Assembly (NCBI GenBank): GCA_046761065.1
Contig: JBHIFL010000107.1
Location: forward strand, 1-11,921
DNA: 11,921 nucleotides
Reading direction: 5' to 3'
From: Candidatus Heimdallarchaeota archaeon
GTDB taxonomy: Archaea; Asgardarchaeota; Wukongarchaeia; Wukongarchaeales; JBHIFL01
The translations under genes were made by a program, and so were the position numbers. Numbering within the stretch: position 1 is the first letter of the stretch; each line of letters opens with the position of its first letter. Positions 1-7,063 of this stretch are shown in pieces. The notes beneath the pieces were generated by a model. That model ran no database searches. It was not told the DNA's origin and was given only the letters and a program-made list of their open reading frames with translations.

Positions 1-297
1 GGCAATCTTATTTTCTCGTGGTTACTAAGGCGGCTTCTACAACTTAAGTTAACGGACTTTCAATCAGGGTTTCGAGCAATAGGAAAAAAAGCAGCTAAAC
101 AGATTACTTTAAAGCATCGTCACACTTATACTCACGAAATGATTGTGGTTGCACGTAAAAAAAGATTAAGAATGACTGAAATCCCAATGACAGTTGATGG
201 GAGACTATATGGAGACTCCAAAGTAGTAACTAACATCATAAAATATATTATCGCCCAAATTTACATTATCTTTTCCACACTTTTGCGAAAAAATTAA
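1..297 (+). CDS. Glycosyltransferase family 2 (DPM1-like), C-terminal part; 5' end lies outside the window
   Basis: Not in the ORF track. Frame +1 is open from base 1 to TAA 295-297 (followed by TAG) and translates as GNLIFSWLLRRLLQLKLTDFQSGFRAIGKKAAKQITLKHRHTYTHEMIVVARKKRLRMTEIPMTVDGRLYGDSKVVTNIIKYIIAQIYIIFSTLLRKN. The D-x-x-SGFR, E-I-P and R-x-x-G-x-SK motifs match the C-terminal half of DPM1-like GT2 enzymes. Confidence 0.88.
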   Translation, partial: GNLIFSWLLRRLLQLKLTDFQSGFRAIGKKAAKQITLKHRHTYTHEMIVVARKKRLRMTEIPMTVDGRLYGDSKVVTNIIKYIIAQIYIIFSTLLRKN

Positions 298-409
298 TAG
301 CAAATCATTTACTTAAATAAATAGTTTTTGAGTTGTTAAATCCTTGGTCTAAAATAGTTTTAATTGATCAGATCTTTGATGAGCTAAAAAAGATTTTAGG
401 GAGCAGGGG

Positions 410-1561
410 TTATAATATTTTCGAATTAAGAATTGCCTTATACTCCCTAAGGATCCTTTGGGCTATTCGTTCCCAACTAAATTCGGTTTTGACGACTTTG
501 AAAGCATTAGTTACAAGGTGAGATCTCAGTTCTTTATCTTTCAATAATACTTCGATTGCCTCCGCTAACTGTTGACTATCCTTTTCTTCAACTAATAGAC
601 CTGTTTTTCCGTCTGTTATTGTATCAGTGATTCCTCCAACTCTACTTGCAATAACAGGGACGCCACAACTCATAGCTTCCAATTGGACGATTCCAAGGCC
701 TTCAGTGTCCCCAGTTGGATCGGTGATAGCGGGTAACACGAAGATAGATGCACGCTGATAAAAGGATTTAAGATGCCTTTGGGGGATCCAACCGTAAAAC
801 GTCACATTATCAAGATTTAGATCATGAACTAGCATTTCAAGATTTTTTCGCTCTGGACCATCCCCCACGATAATAACATTAACTGGAACGCGATTTTCTA
901 ATTGTTTGACCGCCCTAAGGAGGTATTCAACGCCCTTACGTTTGACCAACCGTCCCACAAATAAAATCGTATTTTTTAATTGCTCTTCCTCCTGATTTTT
1001 GGGCTCCAGTGGCGAGAACCCCAATCGAATTATCCTTGTATTTGCTGAGGGAAATAGTTCGTATGTTCTCCTAGCCGTATTTTTGGAGATCGCAATTATA
1101 CGATCTGCGCCTTCAACGGATGGTCGCAGGAACCTTCTTAACAACACGTTATTCTTTGCAAGAAATAATTCAATGCCATAGGCTGTCATCACATAAGGTT
1201 TTTGCAACTTACTAGCTACATAACCTGAGGGGAACAGCCAGTGCCCATGAACGATGTCTACCGTTTTTGAAAGATACTTTGCATGTTTCCACATTGAATA
1301 GGTGAGGAAAAGGACCCTATACTTCCCAAACCCTCTGGTTTTAAGTTTTGGAGGCAACCCATATCCCATATTTAAGAAATAGTCAAATCTTTGGACATTC
1401 ATATTTGGGATTATTCCATATCTTTTGGTCCTGGTGTGTGGAGCTAAAACCGTAATGTCTACCCCAAGCTTACTCAAACTTTTGCAGAGGTAGTAGACAA
1501 AAGCAGGTACACTGTCTCCCACATATCTTGGGAATGTTGTGGTCAGAACAAGTACCTTCAT
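410..1561 (-). CDS. Glycosyltransferase family 4 (GT-B, retaining)
   Basis: 383 aa. N-terminal MKVLVLTTTFPR, then DIVHGHW, ILFVGRLVKRKGVEYLL, IVGDGP, the E-x7-E motif EGLGIVQLE followed by AMSCGVPVIAS, and TGLLV. SD-like GAGGCG at 1573-1568. Confidence 0.95.
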   Translation of the reverse strand: MKVLVLTTTFPRYVGDSVPAFVYYLCKSLSKLGVDITVLAPHTRTKRYGIIPNMNVQRFDYFLNMGYGLPPKLKTRGFGKYRVLFLTYSMWKHAKYLSKTVDIVHGHWLFPSGYVASKLQKPYVMTAYGIELFLAKNNVLLRRFLRPSVEGADRIIAISKNTARRTYELFPSANTRIIRLGFSPLEPKNQEEEQLKNTILFVGRLVKRKGVEYLLRAVKQLENRVPVNVIIVGDGPERKNLEMLVHDLNLDNVTFYGWIPQRHLKSFYQRASIFVLPAITDPTGDTEGLGIVQLEAMSCGVPVIASRVGGITDTITDGKTGLLVEEKDSQQLAEAIEVLLKDKELRSHLVTNAFKVVKTEFSWERIAQRILREYKAILNSKIL

Positions 1562-1714
1562 TTATGGCGCCTCGATGAGGATATACATTTCTTGAATACG
1601 AGTGATTATCCAACAGTTCCATTCTATTCGCGCATCAACTATTCAAGAGTTCGAAAAAGATCATTGGTGTTCCTTTTCAAGATTTCCCGTACTTATCACG
1701 TCATTTTCGAGTTG

Positions 1715-2716
1715 TTAATCTTTGTTATCTTGATCAACTTGCGTTTTTGGGTGTATTTCAGCGCCAAGAAGAAAACTTGAAATGCTTCCTAGGATTAAGA
1801 TAAATACGAGTAAAACAGCTCTGTCCAATAAGGCAGCCGCCTTTGCTATTTGCAAATTTATACCTAAACCAACTAACATACCAGTGATTGTGAATTCTTT
1901 CACGCCCCAGCCGCCCGGTATCATAGTTAGGACACTGACAAGAAAGGATACCGAGATTATTGTAGCAGCAGTGGCAAATCCGATGGAAACATCGACTAAT
2001 TTCAGGATTCTAATAAAAAGTTCAAATCGAACAGTCCAATACGCGATTGTTAGTAAAAAGCTTATAACGAGATAGCGCTGATGTGTTATACTCTTAGCTG
2101 ATGAAAGATTCGAATCAACAAGTTGAGTTCTCAGATCAATAGGTAGGACTCTCAATAAGACTTTGGTGATAGCTCTTACAAAGTCGTTCCACCTAAGGAT
2201 AAGTATAAACAAAAGAAATACGGCACCTAAGATCAATACCACTATTACTAGGGTATCCGAAAGAGCCCTATTGGGGAAAAGGATTGAAATACTCTGCAGG
2301 GCCAAGGTTCCAGTGACCAAGACATCCAAAGCTTCCTCAATTATGATAGCTAAAATTGACACTGAGAATGGGATCGCCAATTTCTTCACTCCGAGTACGC
2401 CCCTCATAGGTGATCCAGGTCTGAATGGCACAAACTGATTTACAAAATAGGAAAAAAAGAGAATCGGATATATATCACCCAACTGGATCTTCTCTTCAGC
2501 TCCAACAAGCAAACAAAACCACCTTAAACCATGAAACAACATCATGCTAGCCATTAAGAAGACTAAAAGGATCCAAGAGGAGGGAGTGATTCTAGAAACC
2601 GCATTGAACGCATCGGTGATCGTTCCTAGTCCAGACCATATAATAAAGCCCAGAAATGTAACGATTCCAACACAAAATAACAATACTTTGCTGATTCGAG
2701 GAATTTTCAAACACAT
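1715..2716 (-). CDS. Flippase-like / lysylphosphatidylglycerol synthase TM-domain membrane protein (UPF0104, AglD2-like)
   Basis: 333 aa with about 8 hydrophobic segments. Family motifs LRW, YFVNQFVPFRPG, IIIEEALD, MIPGGWGVKE and AALLDR. GGGTGA (2723-2718) is only 1 nt before the annotated ATG, so the true start may be the TTG at 2710. Confidence 0.88.
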   Translation of the reverse strand: MCLKIPRISKVLLFCVGIVTFLGFIIWSGLGTITDAFNAVSRITPSSWILLVFLMASMMLFHGLRWFCLLVGAEEKIQLGDIYPILFFSYFVNQFVPFRPGSPMRGVLGVKKLAIPFSVSILAIIIEEALDVLVTGTLALQSISILFPNRALSDTLVIVVLILGAVFLLFILILRWNDFVRAITKVLLRVLPIDLRTQLVDSNLSSAKSITHQRYLVISFLLTIAYWTVRFELFIRILKLVDVSIGFATAATIISVSFLVSVLTMIPGGWGVKEFTITGMLVGLGINLQIAKAAALLDRAVLLVFILILGSISSFLLGAEIHPKTQVDQDNKD

Positions 2717-2861
2717 GTCACCCTTTCTGGAGCTTTAGAGCATGGGGCGAACTGCCCTCAAATTATTTAAAAGTAATTATTCATGATGTTGTTGAAATAG
2801 TCGTTTTTCATTATAGGTATCTGGTTCTAAACCAATCATTTTTGCCGTTAGTGTTCGATAC

Positions 2862-3578
2862 CTACGATAGAAGAAAAAGTTGAACAATTTTTATAAAAAA
2901 GTACAAAATTTCCATTTTAGATAGTTTTGACTTACCCGCACTTCGCTCTATAAACCATATAGGTATTTCCCCCAAGCGAGCATGGATCTTTTTAGCCCGA
3001 AAAAGCATCTCTTCCTGAAATGCATATCCTTCGGATGTGATATTCTCTATATCGATATTTTCGAGTACCCACCTTTTGTAACAGCGGAATCCACTGGTCA
3101 CATCATGCATATGCAGCCTTAAGAGTAAGTTCGCAATCATATTAGCCCCTAAACTTATTATCCGACGCCTTAAGGGCCAGTTAATAGTGGTCCCGCCTTC
3201 AATATACCTAGATCCGACTATTACATCATAACCTTGTGTAATCATTTGCAAGAAGGAAGGAATCAAGGAAGGATCATGTGATAGGTCGGCATCCATCTCA
3301 AAGATTACATCTACATTTAGGTTTTCCATAACGTATGCGAAACCAGCTCTGTATGCGCTACCCAACCCTTCTTTCTTAGGTTTTCGAAGGAGATACAGGG
3401 TATCATATTGTTTTTGAAGCGCCCTAACAATTTTCCATGTTCCGTCTGGACTATTGTCATCAACTATAAGTACGTAACCAGAGATTTTAGTTTTTAAGAA
3501 AATTTTATAGATCTTGGGGATTAGTTGAGGAACATTCTGCCTTTCATTGTATGTCGGGATAACAATCACTATTTGCAC
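2862..3578 (-). CDS. Polyprenol/dolichol-phosphate mannosyltransferase-like GT2 (DPM1/Ppm1 family)
   Basis: 238 aa, GTG start. Motifs VIPTYNE, VDDNSPDGT, GLGSAY, EMDADLSHDP, GSRY, DVTSGFRCY, GYAFQEEM and EIPIWFIERSAGKSK are all characteristic of DPM1/Ppm1. There is no C-terminal GtrA-type membrane domain. Sugar specificity is inferred, not shown. Confidence 0.92.
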   Translation of the reverse strand: MQIVIVIPTYNERQNVPQLIPKIYKIFLKTKISGYVLIVDDNSPDGTWKIVRALQKQYDTLYLLRKPKKEGLGSAYRAGFAYVMENLNVDVIFEMDADLSHDPSLIPSFLQMITQGYDVIVGSRYIEGGTTINWPLRRRIISLGANMIANLLLRLHMHDVTSGFRCYKRWVLENIDIENITSEGYAFQEEMLFRAKKIHARLGEIPIWFIERSAGKSKLSKMEILYFFIKIVQLFLLS

Positions 3579-3725
3579 AGGTGATCACACGCTCTTTTCT
3601 TTTAAATAATGATAACAGAGGGTCTGAGATCCATTAAATCCGATTTCCTTTAATATTATTAAATGGAACTCGTACAAGAACCCAAACATCGGTTTAAAAC
3701 CTCTCATGTTAGGTAGTTTAGTTAT

Positions 3726-5063
3726 CTATCCTTCTTTTGTTTTTCCAGAATGATAATGTCGTTTCTCTCTTTTATAGAGAATTAACACGCATATTATACC
3801 CCATATAGCAAAAATACTGAATCCAACACGGAATGCCTCCCATTTGAGAAGGCCAAATGATCTATAATAAATACCAGAACGGGCTTCCATCCATACAATA
3901 TGGAATGCTTCATTGGTAGCAGCAACCGCTGGATGGGTTTGAGATTCCTTTTGATCGTCTGAACTTACTTTCTTCACCAAATGCCAAAATATTCCATTAA
4001 AATATCTTCCATAAATATCTGCATCGCCATTTCGATAATCTTCCCAAACCACATACACCCTATTTCCTATCGCTGTAATAGCAGGTCGCTGCTGGAGTTC
4101 TGCTAATATATCTTGACTTATCTCAATTTCTTTCCCCCAAGAAGAACCGTCATAAGATCTATAGATGATATCATAATCTCCATCCTTATTGTCAGCCCAC
4201 ACGACATGAACTTTACCTTTACTTACTGCAATTGCAGGATCTAACTGCATCTCATGATTTTTATCCTGACTTAATTCGATTTTTGGCAGCCAGTTAACCC
4301 CGTTAAATTGAGTATAGAATATATCTGAATCATTCTCGTATCTTTCGACCCAAACGATGTGAATTTTTCCATTCTCAGCTGTAATAGCAGGCCATCCTTG
4401 CGGCACGTTATCCTTATAACCAAAAATAGGGCTTTGAGAGCGATTAGAAACAAGATCCGTTGCATTCATGCCTATTGCTTGTTCAGGATGCCATAAAACG
4501 CCATCAAAGTACTTGTATTGAACATCCTCATCACCCTTTACCTCCCATGGGTTCTCCGCCCGGACCCAAGCAAGGTGGATACATCTGTTATCCACTGTTA
4601 TCACTGGATACCCCTGCCATTCGGTAAAGTTGTCCTCAGAAATCAGGGTTTCCGCGCCCCACGCTGTACCATCGAAGTGTCTATAGTAAATATCGAAATC
4701 TCCAAAAACCTCATCACGATCACTGGCCCATACTCCATAGATTTCACCATCTTGTACATCAATCTGCACATTTCGCTGGGATTCATTCCGGTAATCCTGA
4801 CTGATTTTTTGTATCGGTGACCAAGATTCGATATTGAATGATCTTAAATAGATGTCTGAGGTCCCATTGCTGGATGCCTCCCATGCACAATAAAGTGTAT
4901 TATTTTCCGCTGTGACGGTCGGATTCCGTGCCCCCATGGTTGTATCACTGCTTATTTTCAGAATTTGCCCCCAAGAAATCGTTTCAATAACTAGAAAATA
5001 AGTCAGTGTTCCTACTCCAAGGATAAGAACCAATAAAATTCCAGCTAATTGTGATCGTCTCAA
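3726..5063 (-). CDS. Membrane-anchored extracellular protein with seven ~50-aa repeats (probable beta-propeller, BNR/lectin-like)
   Basis: 445 aa, TTG start. Basic N-terminus plus hydrophobic segment (aa ~6-26), seven repeats, then a C-terminal hydrophobic segment (aa ~413-430) and a basic tail KREKRH. The fold is inferred from repeat length and beta-strand pattern. Confidence 0.85.
   Translation of the reverse strand: MRRSQLAGILLVLILGVGTLTYFLVIETISWGQILKISSDTTMGARNPTVTAENNTLYCAWEASSNGTSDIYLRSFNIESWSPIQKISQDYRNESQRNVQIDVQDGEIYGVWASDRDEVFGDFDIYYRHFDGTAWGAETLISEDNFTEWQGYPVITVDNRCIHLAWVRAENPWEVKGDEDVQYKYFDGVLWHPEQAIGMNATDLVSNRSQSPIFGYKDNVPQGWPAITAENGKIHIVWVERYENDSDIFYTQFNGVNWLPKIELSQDKNHEMQLDPAIAVSKGKVHVVWADNKDGDYDIIYRSYDGSSWGKEIEISQDILAELQQRPAITAIGNRVYVVWEDYRNGDADIYGRYFNGIFWHLVKKVSSDDQKESQTHPAVAATNEAFHIVWMEARSGIYYRSFGLLKWEAFRVGFSIFAIWGIICVLILYKREKRHYHSGKTKEG
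3840..4973 (-). repeat. Seven tandem protein-level repeats, consensus W-x5-IS-x-D...Q-x-x-P-x-I...(V/I)H(V/I)VW...G-D-x-DI-x-Y-x-x-(F/Y)-(D/N)-G
   Basis: Repeats begin at Trp31, 81, 135, 191, 258, 309 and 360, closing at Trp408. Lengths are 50, 54, 56, 67, 51, 51 and 48 aa. Confidence 0.88.
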
Positions 5064-5257
5064 TCAACTACCCATCCAATCTGTTTATATGAGAATGGAA
5101 ACCGTAGCTTCACACCCATAAAATATAAGGAACGTATCATGAATTTTCTGGCAATATATCCTGTTAATCTACGGGTCAGATCGACCAAATGGCAACAGGA
5201 GCTAATAATGACTCCAGGACGCACTTTACCTGCCTGTAACGATTGGTGTTTTTCTTT

Positions 5258-5360
5258 TTAAGGTGTTATTTGTACCTTTTCATAGCACTATATAGAGTCC
5301 CAATCGCTCGATTACCTTTTCTGGCAGTACCTTATGATTTATTGTCTAAGGTTTTCTAAT
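5258..5360 (-). pseudogene. Possible decayed AbrB/MazE/SpoVT-family DNA-binding gene
   Basis: Minus-strand fragments joined across three frameshifts read IRK / LDNKS* / VLPEKVIERLGLYIVL* / EKVQITP*. This resembles the AbrB pattern RK-V-D-x-x-GR-IV-IP-x-x-(I/V)R-x-x-LG-(I/L)...D-x-V-E-I. Short and degenerate. Confidence 0.3.
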
Positions 5361-5484
5361 AGGTTAGGGCTCAAAAAAAGTTGCAAGAAGACTCAAGTAT
5401 GACGGGATCATTCGAATAATATGATCAAGTGTTTTTATACTTTATTTGAAGACATGATAAATGTAAGAAGTCGAAATCCTTTTA

Positions 5485-5508
5485 TTAGATTACCATTTGC
5501 TAATCTAA
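5485..5508. promoter_or_regulatory. Palindromic operator-like site TTAGATTA-N8-TAATCTAA
   Basis: Perfect 8-bp inverted repeat at 5485-5492 and 5501-5508, in the divergent intergenic region about 100 nt upstream of the deacetylase ATG. Confidence 0.4.
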
Positions 5509-5559
5509 CTTAAATCTCATTAGTTCTTTCGTTCTTTTCTAAAGAGGTAACAAATTGAC

Positions 5560-5591
5560 AAGAAAATATTCTTATAAAATGATAGAGGTGA
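5560..5591 (+). promoter_or_regulatory. Putative archaeal BRE/TATA promoter and GAGGTGA SD-like motif upstream of the deacetylase
   Basis: A purine-rich AGAAAA precedes TTATAAAA at 5572-5579, 30 nt before the ATG at 5610. GAGGTGA lies at 5585-5591, unusually far (18 nt) from the ATG. Confidence 0.4.
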
Positions 5592-5609
5592 AATTGCAGG
5601 ATTGATTGT

Positions 5610-6524
5610 ATGATCAAGTTTTTTTCAATACTCTTGGTTAATTTGTTTCAATATTCAATCGCCAGAATAAAGTTATTTTTCAAGAAAATTCCCCAAAGTC
5701 AGAGAAATTTTTCGATTATGGTCATAGCTCCGCATCAGGATGATGAGGTAATAGGAGCTGGTGGAAAAATAATCCGGACAATTAAAAAAGGTGGGAGAGT
5801 TTTCGTTGTGTATGTGACAAACTCTGTTCCTAAAAAGCATGTAAAGATGATGCCTTTACCTTATTTTGGAGAATTTTTAGTGAGTTTAAACCGAAGGATT
5901 GAAGCAAAAATTGCTATGTCTCTCGCAGGAGTTCCGTTGAACAATCTATTTTTCTTTACTTACAATTCACGTATACTGGAAGGTTATAGAAATTATCCAA
6001 ACTCTGAATTGACTGAACTCATAATCGAGTTAGAGGGAAAACTAAGAAACTTGATAGAAAAGCTAAGACCTCAGGAAATATACGTTCCAGCTTATGAAGG
6101 CGGACACTGTGATCATGATTTGATTAATTTTATTGTTTCTAGGATATCAAAGGAATTAAAACTTAAAAAAGTATATGAGATGCCTTTCTATCCAACAAAT
6201 TATCCGGATTATAAGAAAGGAGTGAAATACAGCATCTACCAAGAGTTTATCCCATCAGATAGAGATCAATTAACAACTCCTTATAAAATTATACATCTTA
6301 ATTTGAATAATGAGGAAAAAGAATTAAAATTAAAAATGCTGAAAGTATATAGGTCTCAAAACCCGTTTTTAATTAGATACATGAATAAATCTGATAAGTT
6401 CAGATTATTCCCAAAGTATGACTATACGAAATCACCACATGAAGGTGAGTTGTATCGCCAAGGGAACTTGGTTTGTGACATGACGTTTGAAGATTTTAAA
6501 AATGCAGTGAGCGAGATAGTTTAA
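5610..6524 (+). CDS. PIG-L / LmbE / BshB1-family N-acetylglucosaminyl de-N-acetylase
   Basis: 304 aa. Metal-binding motif VIAPHQDDE followed by GAGG; VVYVT; RRIEA; second metal motif YEGGHCDH; C-terminal K-x-x-ML-x-x-Y-x-SQ (KLKMLKVYRSQ). Confidence 0.93.
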   Translation: MIKFFSILLVNLFQYSIARIKLFFKKIPQSQRNFSIMVIAPHQDDEVIGAGGKIIRTIKKGGRVFVVYVTNSVPKKHVKMMPLPYFGEFLVSLNRRIEAKIAMSLAGVPLNNLFFFTYNSRILEGYRNYPNSELTELIIELEGKLRNLIEKLRPQEIYVPAYEGGHCDHDLINFIVSRISKELKLKKVYEMPFYPTNYPDYKKGVKYSIYQEFIPSDRDQLTTPYKIIHLNLNNEEKELKLKMLKVYRSQNPFLIRYMNKSDKFRLFPKYDYTKSPHEGELYRQGNLVCDMTFEDFKNAVSEIV

Positions 6525-6533
6525 GATTATCAA

Positions 6534-7063
6534 AAGTTTTTATAATTAATTCCTGCATCCAATAAGGCACAATAAATAGGCAAAGTTTCCGATTCTTTGT
6601 TGGAAGTAAGTATACGGAGAAAAAACGAAAAATAAGTTATCATGATGGTTTAACGGACTACAAACCAGAAATAATCTTAAGATATCTTATTAAAATGATT
6701 AATGGTTCACATAAAAGGAGTTGGAACTCAGAGCGTTTGAAAATTGCCTTATTACAATGAAATTAGCGGTTCGATCCCATCAAGTCATTAAGAGGGTTAT
6801 TTTCCTCTAAAGACCGTTAATATCCGGAGATTCAATCGATTCAGCGTAGAGATGGGATTGTATAGATGATACTTAAGATAATACGAAAAACTTTTCTATC
6901 ATGTGTTTTGTATCACAAATAGATATTCTTTATTGGACATCTGGAGGACTAATAATACAAGAAGGGTAAAATTAAAGAAATCAATTATAACCGCTCTGAA
7001 GTTGAGAAGTCCACCTTGTTGACCACAAAAGAATTCATGAGAACAGTGGTAAGACCATATTAA
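6534..7063 (+). pseudogene. Decayed GT2 (DPM1-like) glycosyltransferase pseudogene
   Basis: Colinear motif remnants across stops and frameshifts: KFL*LIPASNKAQ*IGKV (6534-6587, cf. IIPAYNEAxTIGKV); VI/HDGLTD (6636-6658, cf. VIDDGSTD); KGVG (6714-6725); PEIQS (6824-6838, cf. TDFQSGFR); KKGKIKEINYNRSEVEKSTL (6959-7018, cf. KGxKIKEIPxxYxxRxGxSKL). Confidence 0.65.

Noticed and set aside
333-2738. Short + strand ORFs 333..521, 999..1181, 1592..1780, 1782..2075, 2163..2438 and 2544..2738
   Set aside because: They lie mostly antisense to well-supported minus-strand genes and have no recognisable motifs; treated as shadow ORFs.
2762-3610. 12-bp inverted repeat ATTATTTAAAAG (2762-2773 and 3599-3610) flanking the DPM1-like gene, suggesting a mobile cassette
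   Set aside because: It is almost pure A/T, does not extend in either direction, and there is no transposase or evident target duplication. Both copies coincide with TATA-like boxes, which explains them more simply.
3726-3830. C-terminal hydrophobic segment of the repeat protein as a GPI-attachment or archaeosortase signal
   Set aside because: It is followed by a 15-aa charged tail, unlike GPI signals, and has no PGF/PEF-type motif (only VGF). It is best read as an ordinary TM anchor.
4271-4820. ORFs 4271..4465 (-) and 4518..4820 (+)
   Set aside because: Both are nested within the repeat-protein gene, in an alternative frame or antisense, with no independent support.
5139-5261. 40-aa + strand ORF MNFLAIYPVNLRVRSTKWQQELIMTPGRTLPACNDWCFSF
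   Set aside because: No recognisable motif or homology cue; short ORFs of this size are expected by chance.
5555-5580. Bacterial sigma70-like promoter TTGACA...TAAAAT
   Set aside because: The spacer is only 14 nt; an archaeal TATA reading fits better.
5420-5619. 11-bp direct repeat TATGATCAAGT at 5420-5430 and 5609-5619, the latter at the deacetylase start
   Set aside because: Short and AT-rich, and similarity decays right after the following T-run. It cannot be distinguished from chance.
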